DNA of 27,127 nucleotides from a virus (taxonomy: Duplodnaviria; Caudoviricetes): positions 1-27,127 of IMG/VR virus record IMGVR_UViG_3300036783_000047; one strand, 5' to 3'. Made by a program: the position numbers and the translations under genes. A model generated the notes under the pieces. The model was not told the DNA's origin. It ran no database searches and saw only the letters and a program-made list of their open reading frames with translations. Shown piece after piece: positions 1 through 8,802 of the stretch. The stretch's first letter is position 1; every line of letters starts with the position of its first letter.

Positions 1-99
1 GGGTCTTCAGGTCGTCAACCGAGTCAGGGTTGCTCTTGACGTACTGCTTGGCGTACGCGTCGAGAAATGCCTTGGTGTCACCACTCGCGACGGATGCCT
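1..99. repeat. Terminal direct repeat, left copy (99 bp, identical to 27028-27126); circular-assembly overlap
   Basis: gggtcttcag...cggatgcct is identical at both ends. The capsid reading frame is continuous across the join, giving a 27027-bp circle. Confidence 0.95.
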
Positions 100-187
100 G
101 GCTGAAGTAATCCTTCAGCTTAGTCGGATTGGACAGCAGCTCCGTCAGACCTTCAGACGAGGTCGGAATTTCGAGCTTCGGTGCCAT
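1..187 (-). CDS. 5' part of the major capsid protein gene (continues across the circular junction at 27027)
   Basis: ATG at 187 overlaps the protease TAA (TAATG) and has GGAGG upstream. It reads MAPKLEIPTSSEGLTELLSNPTKLKDYFSQ...DDLKTQVQSV, in frame with MFDMIREN at 27013. Confidence 0.9.
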   Translation of the reverse strand, partial: MAPKLEIPTSSEGLTELLSNPTKLKDYFSQASVASGDTKAFLDAYAKQYVKSNPDSVDDLKT

Positions 188-1242
188 TACTTACCTCCCA
201 TGAAGTTTGCAAGCAGCAGTGAGCCCAACGACTGCGCGCCTGCATCGTCCAGGTCGCTAGACTTGTTAGTCGAGTGGCTATGCTGATGGTCCGCATCGCC
301 GTCGTGCGAATGGCTGTGCGAGTGTGTGTCGTCGTCACCCTGACTGCCAAAGGCAGGATGCGGATGGGTGTGCGTACCTGTCATTGCGGCGTGCGAACCA
401 TCTGCCGAAACAGGAGGCGTAGCACTGTTACTCGAGGCAGGAAGCGGCTTCGCTGGCTTGTCCGAACCAGGAGGCCCTGCCGGGATCGCCTTCAGCTGCG
501 TACCGTCTTCAGACCAGTAGTCGTGGTCGGTGTCAGTCGAAGCTTGGTAGTCGTCGTCCGCGGCTCCACCATCGGGATCGAAGACCCACTTGCCGTCACG
601 CTGCAGCCAGCCATTGTCGCTGTCAGCGTTCTTGAAGTCGGAATGGCGAGAGAGGATGTTGCTGGGACCCTGCCGCGGATCGTAGACGTAGTCGCACAGA
701 CCCTGCTTGACTGCGTCTTCCGAACCTAGCCAGGTCTCGTCAGCCATCAGGTTCAGGAAGTACTCCTTGGTCTTCCCAGACCGCTTGGCGTAGATGCTAG
801 CGATGTTGTCGGTCTCGCCGTCAAGGATCTCAGCCATCTTGCGAAGCTCGGCAGCGTCGCCAGCAGCGAATGCCTGACCGTTGTGGATCATCATCCGAGC
901 CGTCTCAGCCATCGCGAGCTTGCCAGGAGAGGCAGCCTGTGCGATGAATGAAGCGGCAGAAGCGGCAATGCCGTCGATGAAGATCGACACGTCCTGCTTG
1001 CGGAGCAGTGCGTTGTAGATCGTCAACCCGTCGAAGATCTCTCCGCCTGGCGAGTTGATGTACACGCTTACGGGTCCGTCGAGAGGATTCAGCTGATCGA
1101 CGAAGTCCTGGGCAGTAATGCCCCAGAACCCGATCTCGTCGTACATGTGAATCGCATTCACACCGGCGAGGTTCTGGATCGTGAACCACTGCCTGTTGGC
1201 CGTGAGCTGTGAACGTGCGTAGTTGCGGAGACGATACCGCAT
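187..1242 (-). CDS. ClpP-like (S14) prohead maturation protease with acidic/His-rich C-terminal extension
   Basis: Motifs YDEIG, INSPGG, IDGIAASAASFI, MMIH, ETWL..EDAV..GLCD. Lies between portal and capsid. Confidence 0.93.
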   Translation of the reverse strand: MRYRLRNYARSQLTANRQWFTIQNLAGVNAIHMYDEIGFWGITAQDFVDQLNPLDGPVSVYINSPGGEIFDGLTIYNALLRKQDVSIFIDGIAASAASFIAQAASPGKLAMAETARMMIHNGQAFAAGDAAELRKMAEILDGETDNIASIYAKRSGKTKEYFLNLMADETWLGSEDAVKQGLCDYVYDPRQGPSNILSRHSDFKNADSDNGWLQRDGKWVFDPDGGAADDDYQASTDTDHDYWSEDGTQLKAIPAGPPGSDKPAKPLPASSNSATPPVSADGSHAAMTGTHTHPHPAFGSQGDDDTHSHSHSHDGDADHQHSHSTNKSSDLDDAGAQSLGSLLLANFMGGK

Positions 1243-1252
1243 TTCGTTCGGA

Positions 1253-2635
1253 TTAATGGCGCGCCCCCTTAAATTCCTTCCCGTTTATGCCAATGAGATG
1301 CTTCATGTAGTTACCGATTACATCATCGTCAGACTGCTCAGCACCTTCTGGCGCAGGAGCTGCAGACGGGAGAGGTGGAACTGGTTCCGGGGGAGCTGCT
1401 GGTGCTGTACCAGCTACGCCAAGGAAGTCCATGTAAGGTAGGCCGACAGATTCACAGACCTGCTCGGGATCGTAGCCTGCGTCGACGAGCGTCTTGGCTG
1501 CGTTCGCCTTCGCCGTCAGCTCGGCATTGTCCTCTTCACGGTCGAGAGCCACAGGCGGTTCGTAGTCGAACTCGACCGTATCGTCGCCGTACATCGGCAG
1601 GAGCTTGAAGTTCAGAGTGTCACGACGACGATCGAGTCGAGGTATAAGCGTGTCGTCGTTGAACATCTCCTTGGCCGTCTGTGCATTGGCTCGGTTGATG
1701 TTATCGCTCAGTCCAAGGGATGCGCCGTGGATCCGCCAAGCTTCGCGGATCTCTTCACGAGCGTTCTGCCTCAGAGATCCATACTCGAGGTCACGGTTGT
1801 TAATCTGGTTCGGAGTGTACGTGTTACCGTTCTCCAGAACACCTACGCGACCTGCACGAGTGTAGCCGAGGTGACTCTCACGCCAGCGGTTAATCAGTTC
1901 CTTGAACTCAGGGTCACGAAGCTTATTCGGAACGGTAATCAGTCCTGACGGCTCAGCACCATTCAGGAACAGGTTACGCTGATACTCGGTCGCATACCTG
2001 ATCTGCTGCACGTTCGGAAGTAGAGGAGCAATCGGACCGCAGCCGCGGTAAGGGTCTTCAGGATCAGGCATCTTCTCCTGAATGACCTCGTCGAGCGTGA
2101 GCGGAACCTGTTCACCGTTAGGTCCTGTGTAGATGTAACCGACGAGGTAGTCATCAGGATCCGGAACAGGCTGCATGCGGTCGGGTCGTACGTACCACAT
2201 CGAGGTGGGGAAGGAGACCATCTCGCGGTCGAGGACCCACCACGTCTCGCCGGTGAGCTCCATGTGCTGGTTGATACCTTCACGGAACTCGAAGCCCGAC
2301 ATGAACCCGTTAGGCTTGTTCCAAAGCTGTCGAGCCGGATGACGCATGACCTCTGTACGCTGGTCCGAACCTTGGTCTGCTGTCGTGTAGCGAACTCGGC
2401 CATCCTGAGGCGGCTTCTTGTAAAGGTGCCAAGTCGGTGAGGCAGCACTGGACTGGAGTAGCGAGACGATCGAAAAGACGGTCGAGGAGGCCTTGTACTG
2501 GCGAAGGTACGTCCCGTAGTTAGCAGTACCGCCAGACAGGTTGAAACTACCACGCGAGTAACCGTACGGAGCCATCGGAATAGGGGGCTTCGAACCGGTG
2601 ACAACGTTAGCAAGTCGCCTTAGGCCAGACTGCAC
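1253..2635 (-). CDS. Portal protein (HK97-family)
   Basis: 460 aa. HP...L..KPN.FMSGFEF, LTGE.WW, DPYRG.GPI, F.NGA.PSG, NRANA motifs. Follows terminase. Confidence 0.92.
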   Translation of the reverse strand: MQSGLRRLANVVTGSKPPIPMAPYGYSRGSFNLSGGTANYGTYLRQYKASSTVFSIVSLLQSSAASPTWHLYKKPPQDGRVRYTTADQGSDQRTEVMRHPARQLWNKPNGFMSGFEFREGINQHMELTGETWWVLDREMVSFPTSMWYVRPDRMQPVPDPDDYLVGYIYTGPNGEQVPLTLDEVIQEKMPDPEDPYRGCGPIAPLLPNVQQIRYATEYQRNLFLNGAEPSGLITVPNKLRDPEFKELINRWRESHLGYTRAGRVGVLENGNTYTPNQINNRDLEYGSLRQNAREEIREAWRIHGASLGLSDNINRANAQTAKEMFNDDTLIPRLDRRRDTLNFKLLPMYGDDTVEFDYEPPVALDREEDNAELTAKANAAKTLVDAGYDPEQVCESVGLPYMDFLGVAGTAPAAPPEPVPPLPSAAPAPEGAEQSDDDVIGNYMKHLIGINGKEFKGARH

Positions 2636-2922
2636 TACATCTCACCGCCCTCAGATGGGTGAGGGTCCGATATGAGCAGCTCGAGGATGACAAGGAGAAC
2701 GCCTGCTGAGAAGAGGCCAACGATAGGGTCCCACCACACCGCTGCAGCGTCTGCAGTAGCGAAGCCAATGACCGTGAGTGGCATTTCCAGCAGTCGTCGT
2801 AGCGGTGCGTAACTGGCAACACGACCTCCGAGCTGAAGGAGCCACAAGCTCGTACGAAACCTACGAGGCTTCCTATCGTGAAAGTTATAAGGCCGAATCC
2901 GCGGAATGGTCTGCGTAGCCAT
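2635..2922 (-). CDS. Small membrane protein between TerL and portal (95 aa)
   Basis: Start re-called to ATG 2922 (TGATG overlap with TerL stop). Basic N-terminus followed by two hydrophobic segments (LTVIGFATADAAAVWW; IVGLFSAGVLLVILELLI). Confidence 0.7.
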   Translation of the reverse strand: MATQTIPRIRPYNFHDRKPRRFRTSLWLLQLGGRVASYAPLRRLLEMPLTVIGFATADAAAVWWDPIVGLFSAGVLLVILELLISDPHPSEGGEM

Positions 2923-4241
2923 CAGAAGAACCCCCTGAAGCCGTGTCCATGAGTACCGAGGTCTCGATCGGCTACGATGTAGCGCATAGCGTCCGCGCCG
3001 TGGTCGTCTTCCTTCACCGGAGTATCCTGCTTCTTGTCGGACCAGATATATCCGGGGATCTCTTCCTGCGTACACGTCGGCCTCTTCCGGTCTACAAGAT
3101 CGGGATCACGACGAACTACACAGTTCCTGACAATGAAGAGGCGGTTCTCTTTCAGACGTTCCTGCACGGCCTGAATACCTTCAACGACTGCCTTATACGC
3201 TGCGGTTGTGCTTCCGAAGTGCGACGAGAAGACGTCTCGACCTTCAGCGTCGTGGTCACAGATAATCGCCTGAGGCTGTGCTTCTTTCCACTGCCCTTCG
3301 GTGTGACCGTCCTCACCCTCAACGGTATCTTGCCAGATTAGTGCCTGCTCGATCTCGACGCACATGTTCTCGACCGTACGATGGGTGTGATACCACTCAC
3401 GATACAGCCACAGTCGGCCATCCGGATCTTCGGCCCAGCACTGCACAACCATAGGGTTTGTGAATCCAAAGTCAACAGCCCAGTAACGAGTCCAGCTGTC
3501 ACTGTTCTCAGGCAGCTTGTCAACCATGTGAGCGCCGGGGTCGAAGTCATCGTAGATCATTCCCTCGGCAGCGACCCATTGACCCTTGCGGAGGCGAAGG
3601 AAGCGTACGCCCGTTAGCGCGTCAAGCTTCTTGAGGTAATCTTCGCCGACCTGAGTCAGAACACCATCGTTACGGAACAGAATCGGGTTATCTTCGTGCC
3701 GAGTAGGCAAGGAACGCGTCTGTCCCTTATCCGTACGCTGCTTGAGCCAGTGCATCGGAGTATCGGGGTTGCAGTCGGCGAGAAGCTGCTGGAAAGACAC
3801 CTTGCCGTTACGAAGGCGCGTCGTCAGAGCTTCCCAGTCATTCTCGGCTAGCTCCGTAGCTTCCTGAACGTAGATGACGTCGTACTCGGACGACATGATG
3901 CGGGACGCTTTGTCCATCCCGCCAAGCTGAACTTCCGAACCGTTCTGATACTCGTACCGCATATCGGCTGAACGATAGTTCAGTCCGTCTGCTAGAAGCA
4001 GTTCGTTCACGACGTACGTTCGCCACGTCTTGTCGGCTGTCGTCTTTAGGGACGTTGCCGTCTTGCGGACAATCAGAGCTCGCATACCTGGATTCATCAA
4101 GCACATCAGATTGAGCTTCTCGAGACAAGCTCGCGACTTGCCAGTCCCAGCCGGACCCTCAAGCAGTACCTCTGCGTCACGGCAATGCAGAAGGCCTAGT
4201 GCGTTACCACGCGGAGCGTACTTGTGCTCGAGTACGGTCAA
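2922..4241 (-). CDS. terL: Terminase large subunit (PBSX-like)
   Basis: Walker A GPAGTGKS, Walker B VIYVQE, coupling motif DCNP, nuclease VDFG and DDHGADAMRY. Confidence 0.95.
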   Translation of the reverse strand: MTVLEHKYAPRGNALGLLHCRDAEVLLEGPAGTGKSRACLEKLNLMCLMNPGMRALIVRKTATSLKTTADKTWRTYVVNELLLADGLNYRSADMRYEYQNGSEVQLGGMDKASRIMSSEYDVIYVQEATELAENDWEALTTRLRNGKVSFQQLLADCNPDTPMHWLKQRTDKGQTRSLPTRHEDNPILFRNDGVLTQVGEDYLKKLDALTGVRFLRLRKGQWVAAEGMIYDDFDPGAHMVDKLPENSDSWTRYWAVDFGFTNPMVVQCWAEDPDGRLWLYREWYHTHRTVENMCVEIEQALIWQDTVEGEDGHTEGQWKEAQPQAIICDHDAEGRDVFSSHFGSTTAAYKAVVEGIQAVQERLKENRLFIVRNCVVRRDPDLVDRKRPTCTQEEIPGYIWSDKKQDTPVKEDDHGADAMRYIVADRDLGTHGHGFRGFF

Positions 4242-4699
4242 GACAAGTCGCCTCGCAATCCCTCTGTCGTCGTTCCGACAATGGAATAGTGGAAGACGTT
4301 CTCGTCAACCTGCGGAGTGGTCGAACGCGTAGGCAGCTGTGCTAGCTCTTCCGCAACGGACTTGAGAGCATTGTGCTTCGTCCGAATAGCCGTAAGCGTT
4401 GCCGGTTCAAGTTCGTCTTCGTCCTCGAGGTTCGCCAGCCTTATATTTATAAGGTCAACATCCTCTTGGTACTCGGCGATGCGCTTGGCCTTGTGACTGA
4501 TCCAGAGCCCAGCTGTCTCGTTGACAACCTCTTCGAGAAGCGCTAGCCGAATCTCCTGAATCGCGTCGTAGTTACGATCCTCGAACGACTTGACTTCAGA
4601 CGTCTTTAGGTCGAACCGTGCCGCTACGACGTCGTGAGGTGCAGACTGCATAGCGAGCTCTCTCATCAGCTCAAGCTTGACGTGACCACGTACTTGCAT
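4238..4699 (-). CDS. Probable terminase small subunit (153 aa)
   Basis: Directly upstream of TerL with ATGA overlap. N-terminal HTH-like segment and helical body. Start re-called to ATG 4699, which has GAGGAGG 8 nt upstream. Confidence 0.65.
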   Translation of the reverse strand: MQVRGHVKLELMRELAMQSAPHDVVAARFDLKTSEVKSFEDRNYDAIQEIRLALLEEVVNETAGLWISHKAKRIAEYQEDVDLINIRLANLEDEDELEPATLTAIRTKHNALKSVAEELAQLPTRSTTPQVDENVFHYSIVGTTTEGLRGDLS

Positions 4700-4722
4700 C
4701 TTCTGCACCTCCTCGTACTTCA

Positions 4723-4752
4723 ATTATATATGATGTCCTCGATGGAAGTCAC
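4723..4752 (-). promoter_or_regulatory. Putative sigma70-type promoter for the packaging/structural operon
   Basis: GTGACT-18 bp-TATAAT on the minus strand. Aligns with the two promoters in the control region. Confidence 0.55.
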
Positions 4753-4934
4753 TAGGGTCCGCTAAGGAACTTTTTGTTTCTTTGGAGACTGTGTAACAAG
4801 GATGTCCTGTGTAACCAACGACTGCGCGCTGATATGATCCGACACTATGGGTTCCGGAGCGTGGATCACATTAGCATTGTGTTTGCATCTACAGTGCCAG
4901 ATGTGACATAGCGGACAAGCTATGAGGCCATGGT

Positions 4935-5267
4935 TCACATTGACTGCTTGACTTGTGCTAGCCTGGCGTGGATGTCGGCGATCTGGGTAAGCAGCGTAGC
5001 TGCCTGGTAGTGCTCGACACCATCCTCGATGGCCAGGTTGAACTGCTCTTCGGCACGAGTGAGAGCACCTTCGGACATCTGAACGTGCTGTTCCACCGTG
5101 AGGTCCTTGTCGCTACCAGAAAGCTTCTCGGCAAGAGCATTCAGGCCTACGCGCTCCTTGTGGTCTTCCCACGTCTCACGAGTCAGCACGCCAGGGACCT
5201 GCTCGACGAGCTCGTCAGAACTGGGAACTACATTGCGGATCTCATCGTTATCGAACATGCCCATCAC
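4935..5267 (-). CDS. Hypothetical helical protein
   Basis: 110-aa ORF with GAGGAGG RBS, overlapping the upstream stop. Confidence 0.75.
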   Translation of the reverse strand: MMGMFDNDEIRNVVPSSDELVEQVPGVLTRETWEDHKERVGLNALAEKLSGSDKDLTVEQHVQMSEGALTRAEEQFNLAIEDGVEHYQAATLLTQIADIHARLAQVKQSM

Positions 5268-5542
5268 TTCTTGTCCTCCTCGAGTCGTTCCTTGATGTAG
5301 GCTACGGATGTGATCGGCACTGTCATACGAGACGGACGGTCACTGCTGTCGAGAACGAGGAAGACGATCTTACCATCTGCCTCCTCGTACGTCGTAGTCC
5401 TGTAGCAGTCCTCATTGTTGAGCGCTATCGTGTACTTCAGAAGACTATCGTCGGTTAGATGCTCGAACAGATCTTTCCTGCTCATCTTCGGAGGCGCACA
5501 CCGTTCGCCGTCGATCCATATGCCTGAAGTGCTATCAGCCAT
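5264..5542 (-). CDS. Hypothetical protein
   Basis: 92-aa ORF overlapping both neighbours. Confidence 0.7.
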   Translation of the reverse strand: MADSTSGIWIDGERCAPPKMSRKDLFEHLTDDSLLKYTIALNNEDCYRTTTYEEADGKIVFLVLDSSDRPSRMTVPITSVAYIKERLEEDKK

Positions 5543-5741
5543 CTTCGGCCTTCTTCCGCTTCTGTTCCAGGTCTTCTTCGATCAGTTGCTCGGCTAGCAT
5601 TCTAGCACCGAGACGGTAAATGTCTGATTCATTGAGATTAGAAACGCTTTTAGCTTTCTTGACGAGACGGTCCAAGTCTTCGTCAAGCCATAGCAACTTG
5701 CTCTTTGTCTGCGGCATCGTCTTCTCGATCGTTGCTAGCAT
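5535..5741 (-). CDS. Ribbon-helix-helix (CopG/Arc-like) DNA-binding protein
   Basis: KSKLLWLDEDLDRLVKKAK...NESDIYRLGARMLAE fits a beta-alpha-alpha pattern. AAGGAG RBS. Confidence 0.65.
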   Translation of the reverse strand: MLATIEKTMPQTKSKLLWLDEDLDRLVKKAKSVSNLNESDIYRLGARMLAEQLIEEDLEQKRKKAEDG

Positions 5742-5761
5742 TTCTTTCTCCTTCTCTTCTA

Positions 5762-5791
5762 ATTATATAATACGTCCAAAGGGAAAATCAA
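5762..5791 (-). promoter_or_regulatory. Putative leftward promoter
   Basis: TTGATT-18 bp-TATAAT just upstream of the RHH gene RBS. Confidence 0.65.
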
Positions 5792-6233
5792 GGTGTCCTC
5801 TTGGAGCTCTTTTATTTAATAAGGACATCCTTCACCCTGTGTTACAAAGCTTCAAAATCTCATAGTAGTTTAACACGACTAGGCAAAAAAGTTCTAGCAC
5901 TCCTCTCACTCCACACCACCCATCCTTAATATAAAGTAAGGGTGTAGTGTGTATAGTTATGTACTTATTCTCTCCTTTCTCATCTTTGGGACCACCTTAA
6001 CTTTTTTATCTCAGAGGGGGGGTGGGGTGGTGTGCTTTCTTTACTTAACACTCCGCGAGGAACCCACAGTTAAAGCGCTATGTCTTACAAGGAACCACAG
6101 CACTAAAGCACCTCACTATGTTCCACAGGTTTCCCATGAACACTCCAAAGCTATTCCTTCATCTTTCCTTCTAGCTTTCACGCCTCTTTCCTTCCTTTCT
6201 CCAATTATTTTTTAAAAAACCTTTGTCGCCCTC

Positions 6234-6263
6234 TAGCTTTTCCCATTGGAGACCCATTATAAT
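6234..6263 (+). promoter_or_regulatory. Putative rightward promoter
   Basis: TAGCTT-18 bp-TATAAT. Shares TTTTCCCwTTGGA with the leftward promoter at the same offset. Confidence 0.6.
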
Positions 6264-6296
6264 AAAAATATAAGCGAGTGAAGCTTAGGGGGAACA

Positions 6297-6443
6297 ATGA
6301 TCGCCATATCAATGCCACCGGAGCTCGAGATCAAGTTCAGGGAGAAGGTGAAAGCTGAGAACCTATCCATTTCGAAAGCAGGCATAACTGCTATCGAAGC
6401 CTGGATTGATTCTGAGGCAGACCTAGTTACTGAGGACGTTTAA
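6297..6443 (+). CDS. Small RHH-like DNA-binding protein (48 aa; absent from the ORF track)
   Basis: MIAISMPPELEIKFREKVKAENLSISKAGITAIEAWIDSEADLVTEDV. AGGGGG RBS; TAATG coupling to the primase. Confidence 0.75.
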   Translation: MIAISMPPELEIKFREKVKAENLSISKAGITAIEAWIDSEADLVTEDV

Positions 6444-8674
6444 TGCCAGGCGCGGAGGGGTTGGGCCACCTCTCGGCGCTGTCGTTGGGCATCAATGCCC
6501 TGCAGCAGGGACTAGCCGTATTCCCTGTGTCTAAGAAAGATAAGTCGCCTCTAACCCCCAAGGGCCACTCTTGGGAAGAGGTCGCAACCAGTGAAGAAGA
6601 CACACTCCACTCACTGCTCCCACCGCACCTAAATTATCTCATAGCAGCCATACCTGGTCCTGATTACATAGTTATAGACGTAGACGTCAAGCCTCACACA
6701 GACGGATCACCTTCACAAGGTCTAGCATCATTCCAGCGGTTGAGGGGAGATGTCAAGCTACCAAACACTGCACATTACAAGACACGCTCTGGTGGATACC
6801 ACATCTGGTATCAGAAAGACGCAAACCTCACAATCGGTAACGACAACGATGAATGGGATAAACTTTACCCAGACATCGACATCAGAGCCGACAAGGGTTA
6901 CGTAGCTCTACACTACGACATTAACCTTGCAGATGTAGTTCCTGCAAGCAAGTCGCTAGTAGAGTTGTTCGAACGCGTAGGAATGACTGGTGAACGGTCG
7001 CTTCCTGCCAGTGAGTATGACCACACACTCCTTGAGGGTGACATACTTGCCACCGTTAAGCAAATGGAGGCTTGGGGTTGGCAAGCGTACAATCTCATTC
7101 AAGGAACTGAATATTCCAAGGAAGCTTATCAGGTTCGCATGCGCCGAACCGACTCAGAGCACGGACAGAGAGGTGCATGCGTAGGATTCAAGCATCCAGA
7201 GTTCATCGAGATATTCACGCCTAACTGGCTCGTTCCTAAGGGTCACTACGACCTTGCACAGCTTCAAGAGATGCTCAAAGAGGCTGAAGAATGGCCAGTA
7301 GCCAGTGAGGAATGCTACTACGGCATCCTAGGCGAGATAACAGAAGCACTACAGGATTCTATCGAAGCCGATCCGATTCATATCTACGCAACGCTTCTAA
7401 CCTGTGTAGCAGCTTCACTCGAAGGTCCTGTTATTCCAGAGCAGCCAGGCATTGACCTTCATCTCAACATGTTCTCGGTGATGGTCACCTTTACAGCTTC
7501 TGGTAAGGGTGCTTCCTGGTCGACAGTAAAGCCGATACTCAAGATCGCCGATCCTGTGATGTTCGATCCGCAAGACAGCGCGAAGAACCGAGTCGTTGGA
7601 GGCTTTGGTTCCGGCGAAGCGTTCGTTGATCTGGTGTATACTTTGTCACAAGCCGAACTGGGACAAGTGACAAATCAGAGTGGCACAATGTCGATTCGTG
7701 CAGATCGTCGAGTGCTTATCAAGGAGTCCGAGTTCGCGAAGATTACGTCGGCAGCTAATCGAGAGGGGTCGACACTCAGTCAGAACATCCGAGACGCTTT
7801 CGACGGAGAGCCCCTTCAAGCACGAAAGCGGAAAGAGCAGCAAGTCGCTCTGGAGCATTACGTGTCGGTCTTCGGACAGGTCACGATAGGCGAACTGGAA
7901 AGGTGTATCACAGCCAACGACGCCCTCAACGGTTTCGCCAACAGACATTGGTGGGTTCTGGGCCGTCCAGCAGGTCACGTACCGCAAAGAGCTCTGGAAT
8001 ATACGTCTGAAGAACTAGCCAGTCTGTCAGAAGTGGAAAAGCTTCAGATAGATGTAGGTGAAGTCGAAGAGGATCGACGTAGGCAAGAGCGACTCGAGAA
8101 GCTAGCATTTCGTCTTCGTGCTGCACTAGATGGAGCACGGAAGATTGAGAGGATTAAGCTTCTTCCGTCAGTTAAGCCGTTGCACGCAGAGATGGACCTT
8201 GAACTCAGGGACTATAATCCAGGAGGCCTAGCCTCTTCGATACTCGGACGCTCACGTGTCTACCTGTACAAGATGGCGGGTGTACTTGCAGCTCTTGACG
8301 GGTCGCAGTGGATTAATGTCGACCACCTCAATGCAGCGTATGCGCTCCTGAAGCATAATCAAGCGTCGGTCGAATACCTATGGAAGGGTAAGGAAGTGGG
8401 TGTCAAGCTAGGCAAGGGCGCTCTCAAGGATGGAAACACACCAGAAGCCGAAAGAACTCTTGACAAGCTCATTCGCATTCTCCAGACCAATGGTGGTGAG
8501 TTGGAGAACGGTCTTCTCCAGCGAGGAGCTAAGTACTTCAATAGCACTGACAGGAAGTACAAGGCGCAGGCCTTCGACCTGGGCACTAGTAAGGGTCTGA
8601 TCGAGATCGTCGAGCAGGAGACAAAAGCCAAGGGCTTGCCGAAGAAGATCATCCGACTGAGGGGTAACTCATGA
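6443..8674 (+). CDS. Bifunctional primase/polymerase (Prim-Pol) fused to a DUF3987/YfjI-like P-loop helicase domain
   Basis: AVFP...DK.P, IVIDVD, TRSGGYHIWY, IDIRADKGYV. C-terminal half has TASGKG, SGE, IKESE, NGFANR. Confidence 0.85.
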   Translation: MPGAEGLGHLSALSLGINALQQGLAVFPVSKKDKSPLTPKGHSWEEVATSEEDTLHSLLPPHLNYLIAAIPGPDYIVIDVDVKPHTDGSPSQGLASFQRLRGDVKLPNTAHYKTRSGGYHIWYQKDANLTIGNDNDEWDKLYPDIDIRADKGYVALHYDINLADVVPASKSLVELFERVGMTGERSLPASEYDHTLLEGDILATVKQMEAWGWQAYNLIQGTEYSKEAYQVRMRRTDSEHGQRGACVGFKHPEFIEIFTPNWLVPKGHYDLAQLQEMLKEAEEWPVASEECYYGILGEITEALQDSIEADPIHIYATLLTCVAASLEGPVIPEQPGIDLHLNMFSVMVTFTASGKGASWSTVKPILKIADPVMFDPQDSAKNRVVGGFGSGEAFVDLVYTLSQAELGQVTNQSGTMSIRADRRVLIKESEFAKITSAANREGSTLSQNIRDAFDGEPLQARKRKEQQVALEHYVSVFGQVTIGELERCITANDALNGFANRHWWVLGRPAGHVPQRALEYTSEELASLSEVEKLQIDVGEVEEDRRRQERLEKLAFRLRAALDGARKIERIKLLPSVKPLHAEMDLELRDYNPGGLASSILGRSRVYLYKMAGVLAALDGSQWINVDHLNAAYALLKHNQASVEYLWKGKEVGVKLGKGALKDGNTPEAERTLDKLIRILQTNGGELENGLLQRGAKYFNSTDRKYKAQAFDLGTSKGLIEIVEQETKAKGLPKKIIRLRGNS

Positions 8675-8802
8675 AGCTACATCTACTATTCAACGGTCGT
8701 AGCCTCTGCGACACTCCTGGAGAAGTCACTACTACAACCGATCCCAAGAAGGTAACATGCATCGAATGCCTTCACCGTCACCAGATAGGACAAGACCTGT
8801 GA
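8671..8802 (+). CDS. Small putative zinc-finger protein (43 aa; absent from the ORF track)
   Basis: MKLHLLFNGRSLCDTPGEVTTTTDPKKVTCIECLHRHQIGQDL. ATGA and GTGA overlaps on both sides. Confidence 0.7.
   Translation: MKLHLLFNGRSLCDTPGEVTTTTDPKKVTCIECLHRHQIGQDL

Larger units (their letters stand above)
5742..6296. other. AT-rich divergent control region / candidate replication origin
   Basis: 555 bp with low GC, between divergent RHH genes and upstream of the primase. Contains inverted and short direct repeats. Confidence 0.55.

Noticed and set aside
5949-6215. 88-aa hydrophobic ORF in the control region (possible holin)
   Set aside because: GTG start without a convincing RBS, atypical low-GC composition, and it lies upstream of the rightward promoter. 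Probably spurious, though not excluded.
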